A stretch of DNA of 61,682 nucleotides, the filler included, from Chiloscyllium plagiosum (lineage: Eukaryota), in the NCBI RefSeq assembly GCF_004010195.1. It is 3 parts of one record of this genome, joined end to end, with 100 filler letters (N's around TTAATTAATTAA, not from the genome) between each part and the next. Parts side by side here need not be neighbours in the genome. Positions count along the whole stretch, not along the records: positions 1 to 31,068 come from NC_057716.1; 2 more parts are not named here. One strand, written 5' to 3'. Below, piece by piece: positions 12,070 to 25,883 of this stretch. Made by a program: the position numbers and the translations under genes. Numbering within the stretch: the first letter of the stretch is position 1; each line of letters starts with the position of its first letter. The notes beneath the pieces are model-generated. The model ran no database searches. It was not told the DNA's origin and worked only from the letters and a program-made list of their open reading frames with translations.

Positions 12070-13494
12070 GTAAGTGTTTATCTTAACATTATTTGCTGTT
12101 TACGGTGTTTATATCACATGGCAGTAAGAATCAACCATTTAGCCTCGTGAGTCTATTCCTTACCTATACATTTGTCACATTAAAATAAGATTTGCTATAA
12201 AGCAAAACAATGCAGAAGTGATTTGCCTGGGTTATGGTTAGCGCTTAATGGCTTTTGCATATTCAACAACTTGGCTAAATTGAACAGAAGTGATGATATG
12301 TTCTGAACTTTGAGTGCTCCAGGATATTAGCTGAGGTATTTCTCAGCAATGGATGCATCCATTCTGGGAAGTCTGACACCTCTCAATTTTGCAATATATC
12401 TTTGAATAGGTGTTCTGAGCATTATTAATATTTGCGAGGAGGTATCGCCAGGCTTAAAGACTGGTCACAATATAAGTCGTACAAAATAAAAATTAGTGAT
12501 GAATTTCTGCAGGGTTTCTTTTCATGGCACTGGTGTAACTTTGTCACACTACCCAAGTCACAATGCTGGAAAGGAAGAATGTGCCAAGAACTGCAGGCTG
12601 ATTTTCATTTATCCTAGTGTTGCAGTTGAACTGAGAGTTGACGAGGTATGTTTAAAGATTATAAAGGCTTGATAGATGACTCATCAACTTGAATAAAGGA
12701 AATTATAGGATGATTATAACAGATGAAGCCATTTAGCCCATGCCTATGTTTGCTTTCCACACAAGTAACTCACCTAAGTTCACTTATCTGCCTTTTTCCC
12801 CATTGCCCTGGATATTTTTCTACCTAAGCAATTATCCAATTCTATGTTGCAAGTTTTTATTGAATCTGCCTCTGACATACTCTAGGACATTGCATTTTGG
12901 ATCCTAACCATTTGCTGTGCTGTAAAGGCTTCCTTCGTGACACACCATGATGTCATTTACAAACACACTAAATCTATACCCCTGGTTCTCAATCCACCAA
13001 CAGTAATAGAGTTTCTCCATCACCTCTGTTTAGACCCCTTCATTATTTTGAATCCTTCTGTCAAATTTCTTCCCAGTCTTTTTGTCTCCGTGAAGAACAA
13101 TTCCAGCACTTGAATCTAGCCTTGCAACTGAAGTTCCTCATCCTTGGAATCAATGTAAATATTTTTCACACTCTTTCCAATGCCTTCACCTCCAGAAAAA
13201 AGTGTGCTCAGGATTGGGTGCAGTTTTCCAGTTGAGGTTCAATTAATGCTTTATTTGAGGTTTGCCATAACGTCTTTGTTTTTGTACTCTTTGCCTCTAA
13301 ATACAAAGCCCAGATTCATTATTTTCTGTAGTTAGCACTTTCTCAATCTGTCCTGCCACCTTTAAGTGATTTGAGCTCATGTTGTCACTTGTTATCCAAG
13401 GTGCCCTGAGAGGCACCTGGTTAACTCAGATGGTTAGAGTGTGATGGTAGCAACACTAAAGTCACAGTTCAAAACGTGTACAGGTTGGAGTGTG

Positions 13495-16400
13495 TTAGAC
13501 TATAAGACCATAAGAAATAAGAACAAGAGTAGGCCATCAGTTCTCTGAGCCATCTCTGCCATTCAATGCAATCATGGCTGACCCAATACGCCTCACATTT
13601 ACTTTCTTGCCCTTTCCTCACTTGATTCCCCTACTGATAAGCAATCTGTATCTCAGCCTTAATTACACACAGGACTCTGCCCCCTCTGGTAAGGAGTTCT
13701 GAAGACTTTCACTTTGAGAGAAGAAATTCCTCCTAATCTCAGCTTTAAATTGGCACCCCATCATTGTGAGACTATATCTTCTGGTTCTAGACTTTCCCAT
13801 GAGTGGTTATGTCCTGTCAGCATTTGCCCTGTCAAGCCCCTTAGGAATCTTATATGTTTCAATGAGATCACCTCTCGTTCTTCTAAATTCCAGTGAATAG
13901 AGTCCCAATCTGTTTTGTCTTTGCTCATAAGACAATCCCTCCATACCAGGGACCATCCTAGTGAACAGTCTCTGAACTGCCTCCAATGAAATGATATCTT
14001 TCCTTGAATAAGGAGATCAAAACTGCTCATAGTACACTAGATGTGGTCTCATCTGCACTTATAGAGTTGCAGTAAGACTTCCCTAATTTTATACTTAAAT
14101 GCCATTGAAATATGCGCTAACATTCCATTAGTTTCCTGATTACTTACTGCATAGGTGCGCTAACCTTCTCTGCTTCATGCAAAATTATCTTCAATCCCTT
14201 TGCATTGTAGCTTTCTGCAAGTTTTTTTTTCCATTTAAATAATATTCTGTTCTTTTGTTCTCCCTTCCAAAATGAACAACTTTGCATTTTCCCATATTAT
14301 ATTCCATTTGCCAACTGTTTGCCCACTTACTTAAACTGTCAATATCTCTCTGTAAACTGTTTCTGTTCCTCTCACAACCTGCTTTTCCACCTATTTGTGA
14401 CTCACCTGCAAATGTGACTACCTTACATTCACTTCCCTTCTCCAAATCATTAACATATATTGTAAACAGTTGCTGTCCCAGCATTGAACCTTGTGGTACC
14501 CCACTAGTTACAGTCACCGACCTGAAAAAGAATCCCTTATCCCCACTTGCTGTTTCCTGCACATTACCTCATTTTCTAACCATGCTAATATACGACACCA
14601 ACACTATGGGCTCATATTTATGACTTAACCTTTTGTGAGGTACCTTGTTGAATGCCTTTTGGAAGTACAAATATAAGACATCTACTGGTTATGATTTTCC
14701 AAATGTTCTACTGTTACTTCCATAATGAACAATCCTCATACTTTTCCAACAATAAATGATAGACTCATTCACTTATAGTTACCCACATTTCGCCTCCCTC
14801 TCTTTTTGAATAGGGGTATTACATTGGCAGGTTTTCAATCCTTTGGTACTTCTCCAGAGTGCAAGGATTTTTGAAAAATTACAACCAATGCATTCACTAT
14901 CTCTGTAACTATCTCTTTTAGGATTCTAGGGTGCAAGTCATCAGGGCCAGGGTACTTATGTTTTTTAAACCCCATTAGTTTGTCGAATACTACTTAATAT
15001 TTAATTCCTTCCCCTTATTCTTCCACATTAATGGGTTGTCCAAAGTATCTTCTACCATAAAGAGTTGCAAAATATCTGTTTAACTTCTCTCCCACTCCTT
15101 ATTCCCAATAATAATCTCCCCAGATTCATCCTAAGGACTTACAGTTAGTTAGACACTTCTCTTCCTATTTAAATACTTAAATGTCAGTTTTTATATGAAT
15201 GGCCTGTTTCCGCACTGTAGGAATTCTAAGCTTCTCACCAGTTAACCCTCATAATTTATTTTCTCTGTCTTCATTATCTTTTTGGTCTTCCTTTGCTGGA
15301 TTCTGAATTTATCCCAGTCTTCAGGGCTAGCACTGACTTTAGCCTCCTACTATCCTTATTTTTTCAATTTAATATTCTCCTTGATTTCTGATGAAGGGTT
15401 TTTGCCCGAAATGTTGACTTTCCTGTCCCTTTGATGCTGCCTGACCTGCTGCGTTTTGCCAGCACCACTCTAATTTGACTCTAATCTCCAGCATCTGCAA
15501 TACCCACCTCCGCCTCCTTAATTTCCTTGGTTAGCCATTGTTAGCTGATCCCTGTCTTTGAGTCTTCCCTTCTTGTTGGAGTGTGTTTTTTGCTAAGAGT
15601 CATGAATTACCTCCTTAAATATCTGCCACTGTTTGTTTACTATCATTCTAGCTAATCTATCTGTCCAGTTCACTTTAGATAACTCTATCCTCATTTTATT
15701 GTAATTTTCTTTATTTAAGTTAACCATAGTTATTTGTGACCCAAGTTTCTCACTCTTGAACAGAATATTAAATTCTATCATGTTACGATCACTACTTCGT
15801 CGGGAATCTTTGCCCTATTTATCCATTAAGCATGCCTCATTGACCAAAATTAATAAATTCCATGCCACTGTCCTCCTCACAACCCATATCATTTTTTGAG
15901 TTTTGGCTTATCCACAAATTTGAGATTGTTTTCTGTATATACAGATTTATATAATTAATATAAATGAAGAAAATCAAAGATAATAACACCAAACCCTGGT
16001 AAACTCTAATGTGTGCCTTCCTCCAGTCCAAAAAGATAACAACCATCATGACAATCTTTTAAACATTTTTGTAAATTTGTCTTTTATCTTTTAGTCATTT
16101 TTGCCTTCATACTTCAGGTACCATTTTATTCCATGAGCTCTAACTTTGATGATAAGCCTTTTATTTGCTACTTTCTCTCATGCCTTTTGGTGATTCAAGT
16201 ACATCAAAGCAGCCACATTACGCTCACCAAACCTTTCTGTTATCTTACCAAAAAAACTTCAAATCCGTGCTGGTTTTTCTTTGTTGAAACTGACTGGTAA
16301 TTTTGGTCCAAATTAGTATTTCTAACAACTTGCTTAAAATAGAGATTAAGCTGGTTACATTAAACAGGATTCCTTCAGGGCAAAAAAAAAGCAAGCTGAA
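13495..16400 (-). mobile_element. Long decayed CR1 LINE(s) with nested inserts
   Basis: VTSGVPQGSMLG..LFTIYVNDL RT motif (14191-14562). A second RT remnant lies at 15840-16400. Confidence 0.85.
15388..15513 (+). mobile_element. PLE-derived mini-insert with decayed hammerhead, inside a CR1
   Basis: Starts ctgatgaagggtttttgcccgaaatgttga. Flanked by ctccttgatttc (15377-15388) and ctccttaatttc (15514-15525), a probable TSD. Confidence 0.75.
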
Positions 16401-17019
16401 TCAGTGGCAGGAGAGGTAATGTTTATTGATTGGTGTAGTTCTGCAAATAAAGCCTTTATGGAAGGGAAAACCACATGCATTCAAGTACTTAACTTTGACT
16501 CAGCATACCCTTGATATTAGAGCTCAGTTCAAGAACTTGATATACACTGCGCCTTACACAGTTTAAATGTGCAGGCGTTTTGAATCTATGCACATAGTCT
16601 GTTTCTTTTGTTCAATGATTTGTATGAAAAACTATATAAATGTTGCTTCTAACTTTTAGTAACGCTGTAAACTGGCTAATGACATAACTGTAAATGATTA
16701 ATTGTTGCTTATGGTTGTTGTTTATTTCTTCTCTTCACACGTATCTTTTTCCTAATGAGGATGTGTTAATAGACTGATCATCAACTGCTTAAACCACATC
16801 ATGAGTATGTGAGTTTTTTATGGCCAGCAAGTCTTGGTGTGGAACGTGAACCCAGGAACTTGGAACTTACAGACAGGAATATTACCCATTAAGCTACAAG
16901 ACTTCCTTTGTGTTATTGTGATGTGTCTTGAAAATAGGAATACTATATAATTTGTATTAGGTGTGAACATGGCAACATAATCATGCAAAAATTAATTAAT
17001 GCTCTCAAATGATTCAAAG

Positions 17020-17150
17020 GATTTCCAAGTGGTTTGTGAGACTGTTCAGCTTGACTCTGTACCTCCAGAGACCAGGAAGCAAAGCTGCCATCAAAGAAAT
17101 TCATTTGAAACAGCAGAAGCCTCTCAGGACAAAGGAACCTCAAACTCCAG
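17020..17150 (+). CDS. UNC80: UNC80 internal coding exon, about exon 7; phase 0 to 2
   Basis: aag|GAT acceptor and AG|gtacga donor. Translates DFQVVCETVQLDSVPPETRKQSCHQRNSFETAEASQDKGTSNS(R), resembling human GLQVVCETFQSDS...SQERGPSHSR. 131 bp; phases fit. Confidence 0.88.
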
Positions 17151-17909
17151 GTACGACTGCTTTCCTATTTAATATTAGTTAATAATTATATCATCCTTCT
17201 TTGTGAAAATGAGTCAATGTTCTGTGGCATTACTAGCCACAACAAACCGTAGACGTTTAGTATGGAGATTTTAAGCAGCTTTTATTGCCTTTACTTTCTG
17301 GTGATTCATATCCGTCATTGGCTCACAGTGGGTGGAATGTTTCCAGTCCTGCTGAAATGTGTTTGAAGTCAGGGCAGGGAGCAATTTTGGACATGGGGAC
17401 ATTGAGCCAATGGGCTGATGTTTTCCTGTCTCTGGGCAATCTTGAGTGAGTGACAAACAGACGGAGCTAAATGCATGCCACCAGAGACCCACTGGTTTTG
17501 GCACTCGCCAATTGTAACTTTAAAACATGCCTCCATTTTTAAGGCAACGTGCCACTCTCCAGTACCCACCTCTTCCAGTGGGACTGCCATCTTTCCAAAG
17601 TTGCATAGCCTCAAATTAGCTCCCACAGCCCCATGCATTGGCTTGTCATTTTTAGTTGTATGGGACTCTTAATCAGTCACTTCTGGGATGATCACAATTT
17701 CAGGAAGGATTGACAGACCATTGAGGAAGGAATGTGTTTTTGGCTGCAGTGGAAGAATATTTCCAATGTTGGAAAGATTTCGCATAATCACACTATCAAG
17801 TGACAAGGTCTGGTATTTTTGGTATCTATTTGACGTTAATTGGAAAATTGGGTTATAATGTTAAGGACCATACTTTGTTTTGAAAAATGTCACATCACTG
17901 TAGTTCTAC

Positions 17910-18243
17910 AGCGGCACGGTGGCACGGCAGCACGGTGGCTCAGTGGTTAGCACTGCTGCCTCACAACGCCAGGGACCTGGGTTCAATTCCCGCCTTGGGC
18001 AACTGTCTGTGTGGAGTTTGCACATTCTCCCCGTGTCTGCGTGGGTTTCCTCCGGGTGCTTTGGTTTCTTCCCACAGTCCAAAGATGTGCAAGTTAGGTG
18101 AATTGGCTATCCTAAATTGCCCGTAGTGTTAGGTGCATTAGTCAGGGGGGAATGGGTCTGGTTGGGTTGCTCTTCGGAAGGTCGGTGTGGACTGGTTGGG
18201 CCGAAGGGCCTGTTTCCACACTGTAGGAAATCTAATCTAATTT
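17910..18243 (+). mobile_element. HE1-type V-SINE, near full length
   Basis: Head with repeated ggcacgg, V-domain and aatctaatct tail. Confidence 0.9.
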
Positions 18244-18794
18244 AGATCTGTTACAGTCAAATTGTCCAAGAGTCCTGCCCGGGCTCTTTTGGTGGATGTA
18301 CACTTAGTGGTACTTAGCTACTCCTTAGACGTGCTTGCGTCCTCCTCTGGTCACTCAACTGGCTTGTATCCATGGTGATTGCAGAATCTGCTAGAAAGTC
18401 TGGAGTTGGAATGATAGTTTTTTTTCTTGGTTGTGGGTTTGTCATTTCTCTTCCATTTTCCCCTTCTTCGATTAGAATTATAAGTTGGATCTCTGCTTAA
18501 TGTCATGACCCCACCTTGTGGGCCTGCCCACCATCTTCATGCTGGGCAGAGATGGAAAGGGAGTTGAGTGGTTTGCAGGGCAGGCAGGTTTAAAAGTCTG
18601 TGTCCATTCATTGGGATTTTGCCCCAGTTTGGTAAATGAGTGTAGGATTGCATAAAACGTTCACCTCACCCATTCCATAACCCATATGCTTCCTGTAGAT
18701 CCATATTACCCCCCTTCCCCCTGACACACTCCCTGCTATATACCTTCACACCCTTTTGTTGTCCATCCACCTCCATACCTCTCGTATCTCATTC

Positions 18795-18910
18795 ACCTGA
18801 TAAAGACTTATGCTCAACATTGACTCTCCTGCTCCTTGGATGCTGCCTGACTGGCTGTGATTTTCCAGCACCACACATTTCAACTCTTATCTGCAGTCCT
18901 CACTTTCTCC
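18795..18910 (+). mobile_element. Degenerate PLE terminal-repeat fragment
   Basis: ggatgctgcctgactggctgtgattttccagcaccacac...ctgcagtcctcactttctcc. Confidence 0.65.
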
Positions 18911-20964
18911 CATTCACCTGCCATGCACAATCATTAAGTTTCCACGCCATACAGAACTCGCGATCCCTATAAGATTTTGAAATATCCAAACGCCTGTCAA
19001 AATAAACAACCAGCCATCTATAAAAATAATTTTGAAAAATAATCCCATTTAATGACCATAAAATTCTCAACACAATAAACTGTTTCTCGAACGCCAATGA
19101 TCTTGCTGAGCTAAACCATTTGAGGATTTGTGGCTCAGCCAAACATTTGTAACGAATTTGCATTGCTCAAACTATCAACAAAACCTTCATGATTGAATAC
19201 ATTAGGTCCTTTTGAACTCAGGTAAAGAGCTCAGCCAAGTGTTCAAGCTTTAAAGCATTGAAACAGATTGATGAGCTATCAACCAAAGAGTTCAAACAAA
19301 TGTTCAGATTTTGTAACTAGGCACCAGATATCTGAACTGTCAGTCAATGGAAAGATTAAAGCACAAAGGACCACAGATACAGTCAAATCTGAATTTCACT
19401 ATTGTTCAGTGCAAAAGACCATTTATTCTGTGAATCATGCACTGAAATGTATCTGCAGACATTTCCACTTTAATGGAACTGGTCTATTTAATGGACAGTA
19501 TGCCTTTAAGATTACAATCCCTAAAATCAATCACTGTATTAAAAATGTGTATATCGTCTCGTAGAACATTCCATTGAGATGTCCAGTTTGCCATACCTTT
19601 TGAACTTACTTGTGCCCAGGTCCTTGATTCCAAAATAGCATTGCCTTATGTTTCACAGTACAACAGAATTGACTTAACTTGCAAAACTTTCAGAAAATGG
19701 ACTCTTTGTAGTGGATCTGAAATGCATCCATGCAATGGAACTGGTGTCATCGGAATTGTTGGATGTGGTTTTACAGTTTACACTGTTATTGAAGATTGCT
19801 GATTGTTGGACAAGTCTTGGAATTGGGCCCCACCTACCAGTTTTAAAACCTGCTCATTTTGACTTTGTCCCAAGTCATATCGAGAAATTCCAGCCTCTGG
19901 CTTCTGAGACTGCCAATTTCTAACAATACAGTGAAGCCAACTTACTTTTTCTCTACCTTCACTTTCAACTTTTCCCTCTTTCTTTCTTACCATTTTAATT
20001 TTCTATTTCTTTCTTTTTATGATTCCAACTCTGGAGTAAAGTTGGCCGTTCCGTCAACATTCAACATGGCTTTTTGAAATAAATTAAAATTTGTCCCTCA
20101 GACATTAGAAATAAGTATTTCTAATTGATTTCCACAATGACTGCAACCATGGATGATTGTAATCTTCCAGACATTTCTGAAATCCAGCTCAGTGTGATTA
20201 CCTTTGCTCATTTCCACTAGTGCCCATTATTTCATGTACATCATTTTCTTCTTATCAAGCTCAGCCACTGGCCATGAGCAATCGTTTATCTTTTGCTTCA
20301 AACTAATTATCTGCATTAATTTGCTCCCTCAAGTCCCAAGACCAAAGAAAAAAGACTTGACTGCATCTGACGTATAATTGATTTAGCCATTGATCACCAG
20401 ACCTAATGAGATCACCTAAAGAATTACAGGGACTAATTGATTCTATTCAATACTTCTGAATCAACCTGGAGTACAGAGGAAACATTGGCATTTTTTCAGT
20501 CCACTATGAATTAGCTCCCCAAACACTTGTTCTCATCTCCACCCCAACAGTGCAAAAAAACCCATTTCTTTTCATTGTGATTATATTATCCATCCAGTTG
20601 CATTCTTGTTTACTAAGCTAACCCCGTCTCAGACTCCACCCTGCTCTAATATGGATTTGAGTCTGTCCTCCTCTTTCACTTAATTTGGCTGGGAATAATC
20701 TCAGCTGTACTTTAACTGCCTATTAAACTCCACATTAAGTTTGATTTTAATGGTATCATAAGGTATTATTGATTAAACTATTGATCTGACTGAGGCAAAT
20801 ACTTAGAATAATTTAGCTGGATCAAATATTCCCTCCATAGTACCACAACAAATGTACCTAGACCACCTGGACTATGATGAGTTAAGAAGGCAGTTCACCA
20901 CCACTTTCTTGACGGCAGTTAGGAATGAGCAATTATTAATAGCCTAGCTAGTAACAACTGCATT

Positions 20965-22133
20965 CACCCGGGCCATCTTCCACTTCATGTGGAGATCAAA
21001 GATGGACCATGTCCAAAGAGACACCATGTATAAAGATCAGAAGAAAGGGGGAAAAACACACCCAATGCTACCCTCACCCTAATATCCACCTTCAGGTGTG
21101 GCTGCATCAGCTGTCTGTGGATTCCTGGTACGCAAGTACCAAGTATGATTACATACTGAGGTTCTACCTGTCCCCGGTGTTGTGAAGGATTGGCCTGGCC
21201 TCGCTGCCGTTGCACACTCCATGTAGTTGGACCGTTCTGTATCACCTGTCCTTCATAGTGAAATTTGTGAAGGCAAATATCTTTGATCAGAAGTCCATTA
21301 GGAAGTGGTCAACATGTAGTGTCCTTGAGACCCTTTGGGAAAAGGGGAGGTTGGATCCTGTTAAGCAGTTCCCTGGGCAGACTGTCAAAGTCATTTGGCT
21401 GAAATCCTCAACGCCAGAACTTTCAAACAAGCACCAAGACATCACTTGGCTGGTGAAGAGAAGGGCACTGCCTGTGAGATCCTTTTATGCATGCCTGGAT
21501 TCTCTATGCCACCACACACTGTCCTCAAAGTGGCTGTGGATGGTACAAAACTGTCACACACCTCCTGGAATGTGGCTACGCAAAGGAAGTCTGGAGAAGA
21601 ATGCATTGGTGTCTGTCGAGGTTTGTCTGAGCAGCTCCGTGATGTGGAACTCCGTGCTCTGCCCGGGTCTGTTCCCCGGGTCACACACCAAGACGAACAT
21701 CAACTGCACCTGGAGGATCATCAACTCGATAAAAGACGCACTTTGGTCTGCCCGAAACTTGTTAGTCTTCCAGTTGAAGGAGTTAATCCCAACTGAGGGC
21801 TGCAGACTGGCACATTCCAAGGTTCAGGACTATGTCCTGAGGGACGCGCTGAAGCTTGGGGCAGCTGCTGCCAAGGTGCGGTGGGGAAAGACCACCGTGT
21901 AAGGTCCTTCTGCTAAAGAATAAGGGGTGGGGTGGGGGCATTCAGTAACTGGACCCTGCTATCACCTCAGCTAAAGACCAAGAAGTCATCCGTAAATATA
22001 GGGTATGGTGGACATCAAAGACTTAATTTGTCATCAGTAGGTAAAAAGAGGATAGCTCTGAATGAGTTCATTAACTGTGCATGTACCAAAGATTTATTTT
22101 CTATGAATAAAGTACATTTTTGAAATTAAAAAA
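20965..22133 (+). mobile_element. L1/Tx1-clade non-LTR retrotransposon, ORF2 C-terminus and 3' end
   Basis: ORF 21210-21902 includes ELSNKHQDITWLVKRRALPVRSF and INSIKDALWSARNLLVFQ (zf-RVT-like region). Ends with aataaa and an A-rich tail. Confidence 0.75.
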
Positions 22134-22798
22134 TATTCTATAAATAAAACAAAAACACAAAACTAGAGATTACATAAAATCGATGTAAAGCTATGTTATG
22201 TGTAAGAAAGAAAATTGTTTCCAATAAAGAGCTGATAATTATGATAACCGAAATAATTGAGAGTTCATAATGATTATTATTTAATAATAATTGAGGTAAA
22301 AATTATGAGAGTTCAATATTTAACGAGGTACAGCAACTGAAACTGAGATCTGTGATTATTGGCATGCCTGTCTTGCCATGATTGTTGCCATATCTTTAGT
22401 TGCTATGGTTCCTATGTTGTTTTTAGATAGTCTGCTCCTTGATTGTTCGCTTTAAAAATACCAAGTAGCAAAGCCTGGGATTTCATGGCAAATAGATTCT
22501 TCATTTCTCTGGCAACCATAACAGAGGAAACAAAATAAAATTTGAAGGCAGACAGTGAACTTCTAACTCAGTAATTTTTCTAATTTATGAAGTAAGGTAA
22601 AAATAGACCTCTTATTTTATTAGAATGACAGTGTAAATGTAAAATAATGCAAAATGCATTTTTCTCTTGAACTGAACAAAACCATCAATGCCTGCTACAG
22701 TATCAACCACTGTGGAAAATATCATATTGATAAACAGTCATGAAAGTAAAGTTACAGCAGCAGTAACAGTAACATCCAAGCTTGACATTTATCTTGAT

Positions 22799-22965
22799 AG
22801 GCGAAAGTGAGGACTGCAGATGTTGGTGATTAGAGTTGAGAGTGTGGTGCTGGAAAAGCACAGCAGGTCAGGCAGAATTTAAAGGGCTTTTGCCTGAAAT
22901 GTTGGTTTTCCTGCTTCTCAGTTGCTGCCTGATCTGCTGTGCTTTTCCAGCACCACACACTCAAC
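22799..22965. mobile_element. Fold-back PLE-derived mini-element
   Basis: About 40-bp inverted arms (gttgagagtgtggtgctggaaaagcacagcaggtcaggcag / ctgcctgatctgctgtgcttttccagcaccacacactcaac) with a hammerhead remnant between them. Confidence 0.75.
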
Positions 22966-25115
22966 ATTTACCTTTTGATACTGAATGCAAGAGTATGAAA
23001 TGTTATTAAAACATAGATATTTGATCTTTTGAGTAATTTTCATATTATTGAAGGTTACGGATATAAATACAGAGATAATGATGAAGTATTCTTGCTGAAT
23101 CAGTGGAATATTGTTTTTGTAGAATATAAATATTCATGATTGAGCAACATAGGCCATAATATGTTGTTAATAATGTGACTTAGGAAGTGTACTTTGTCCT
23201 TTTTTGTTAGAAGAGAGGTTGAGACAGAGGTACTGAGCGGTTTATTCCAAGGCAATGAAGTAAACAGCATACGAGGTTTTTTTTGGAAGAATAGAAACAG
23301 CATGAATGGGTAGCATCAGGATCCCAAAGAACCAGGATTTCAGGTTAAATTTCAGTGGATTCTAAGGTTTAGAAGTTGGCTGCGGAAGCTATTTCTCTGT
23401 CCCTGCTACAGGACTCGCATAACAGAAAATATATTTTACTGAATTTGCCTTTGCCAAGGGTGTGTTTATGGGATGTTACTGTATTGGAACATTTGCTGCT
23501 TAGTAGTTAAAGAATGCATTATCCTGTTAAGTTTTCCAGTAGAGTTAAAGTTACATAAAAATGTAAGAAATACAGAATTAAACAGCTTCACCTTTCAGAC
23601 TTAAAAGAAAGTGCCACATAGAAGGGAAGAAAATCTAGGTTTCCTGCTACCTGCAAGAGAAATTATTTTGGTTGTCTCAAAGCCAACTCTCAGAAGTTAG
23701 AATATCTCAGCACAATTCACTATAATTTATTATTCAGTGGAAATATGGATACTATGAGCAAACTTCAAATTTAATTTACAGTATTATAGTATTACAGTAT
23801 TGCATGTTCTTCAAGCATTTTGCTTATGCTTGAGAGATCTTTGCTGCATAAAATAGTCGATAAAATCTTTGGTGATGTTTACCAGTCCTGACGGCATTTT
23901 CATCAAGACCAGAAGTAAATATATCAATGAAAGTAGGTCATTGCTATTTTGAGATTTTTTTAAAATCAAATCAGCAGTTTGATACATGGTTATAAATTTC
24001 CAAATATACCAACTCTATCAAGATAAACTATAGGTAAATGTAAACACTGATGCTTCTACCGGGTTTTCTGCAGGTAAAGCAAAGTTAATTTCAAACTATT
24101 GTTATTGACCAGACCAAACCCCATGCAAGTTTATCAAGTAGATCATTTAGATTCTAACTTATCTTATTTAAGGCACTGTGATCCAGATGTAATTTGATTG
24201 GTCACACTACTCAGCTTTAAGCAAAATATACTTTCTTACATTTTTATCACTGCTCAATAAATTTGCATTGAATTGATCAAGAATATTTATTCATAAACTC
24301 TTAAGACACAAATCTGTTTAATTCTGGCCTTTTCTTGTTTTTATTACCTCAACTTGGAAAAAAAATACAATAAGTCACCAAAACATTTTTTTTCAACTAA
24401 AAGATTTTTTTTATTCTGCTGTAAGTTTGCTTTTTGAAAGTATTCTTTTAAAGTATTGTACTTTCTAGAACAAATAGAAAAGAAACCAACTGTAGAATAA
24501 TGCAGCCACAAAGGAAAATATTTGACCCATGGTATGTACGAAGGCTCTTTCAAAGACCAAACAAGTTATATTCAACTCCCTGGTCTTTCCCCATCTTACT
24601 TCATGTATTTAACCAATTCCCAAATGCTATTACTGAATTCAATTGTAGCTTACTATCAGGAAATGTGCTCCGCCATGCCTCACTGGAGTAGCAAACTAAA
24701 CATCATGCCCCACTATTCCTGAAATCATTTTAGAAGGATGCATATTCTTCCATTTATCTGTCTCTTTGACTGCAGTTGGCAGAAACTATAGCAAGGTTTC
24801 TGTCGCTGACAAAAGCTTAATAACTATTTATTACAAACAATTAGAATCTAGCTCCAGGTAAACAATTATGGACCATTATCATATAGCTACTAATTAAATC
24901 TGTAATCACTTTATAAACTCCCCCTGATATACATACTGTGAGCAAACTTCAAATTTAATATACAGTGTTACGGTATTGCATGAGCTTCAAGCATTTTGCT
25001 TACATACAACTGTCTACAGTCAAAGAAACATAGGTGTTACGGATGGAAGGAAAGCCTGGGAAAGCAGTTCAGTAGTTTCTGTTCACAGGATTTCTGAAAT
25101 GCTTCTTTTGGAGAT

Positions 25116-25883
25116 CTTTTCCCTGGGGTGGGGGAGTCCGGAAATGGAGTGCATAGGTTATGGTGATAGGGGAAAGATTTAAAAGGGACCAAAGGGGCAA
25201 CATTTTCACATGTATGGAGTAAGCTGCCAAAGGAAGTGGTGGAGGCTGTACAATTACAACATTTAAAAGGCATCTGTATGGGCACAAGAATAGAAAGGGT
25301 TTAGAGGGCTATGGGCCAATTATACTGGCAAATAAGAAACATTTGAGGACTCCGGGTCTATACACGATGGAATTTAGAAGGATGAGGGGAGGTCTAATTG
25401 AAACATACAGAATACTAAATAGAGTAAACGTTGGGAAGATGTTTCCATTGGTAGGAGAGATTAGGACCCAAGGGCACAGCCTTAGAATAAAGGGAAGATA
25501 TTTTAGAGCAGAGATAATTAAAAACATCTTCAGCCAGAGGGTGATGAATCTGTCAAATTCATCTGAGGCCAGGTCATAGAGTATATTTAAGACTAAGATA
25601 GATAGGTTCTTGAATATCAAGGAGATCAAGTGTTATGGGGAGAAACTGGGTGAATGGGGTCGATAAACTTATCAGCCTTGACTGAATGGCAGAACGGACT
25701 CGTTGGGCTGAATGGCCTAATGTCTGCTCCTATGTCTCATGGTCTTATGGTTAAATGGATTAACTTATTATTAATTTTTAATGGATTAATGGATTCACCA
25801 GATTAATTTAGGATCTCTGGACAGAATGGATGAATTGGACTGAAGGCTCTGTTTCTGTGCTGTACATCATTATGACTCTATGG
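25116..25883 (+). mobile_element. Nested CR1 3' fragments
   Basis: GLYTMEFRRMRGGLIETYRIL; two different 3' tails. Confidence 0.8.

Noticed and set aside
17887..18126. Recurrent short ORFs such as AQWLALLPH...CLCGVCTFSPCLRGFPP
   Set aside because: Translations of HE1 SINE copies, not a protein family.
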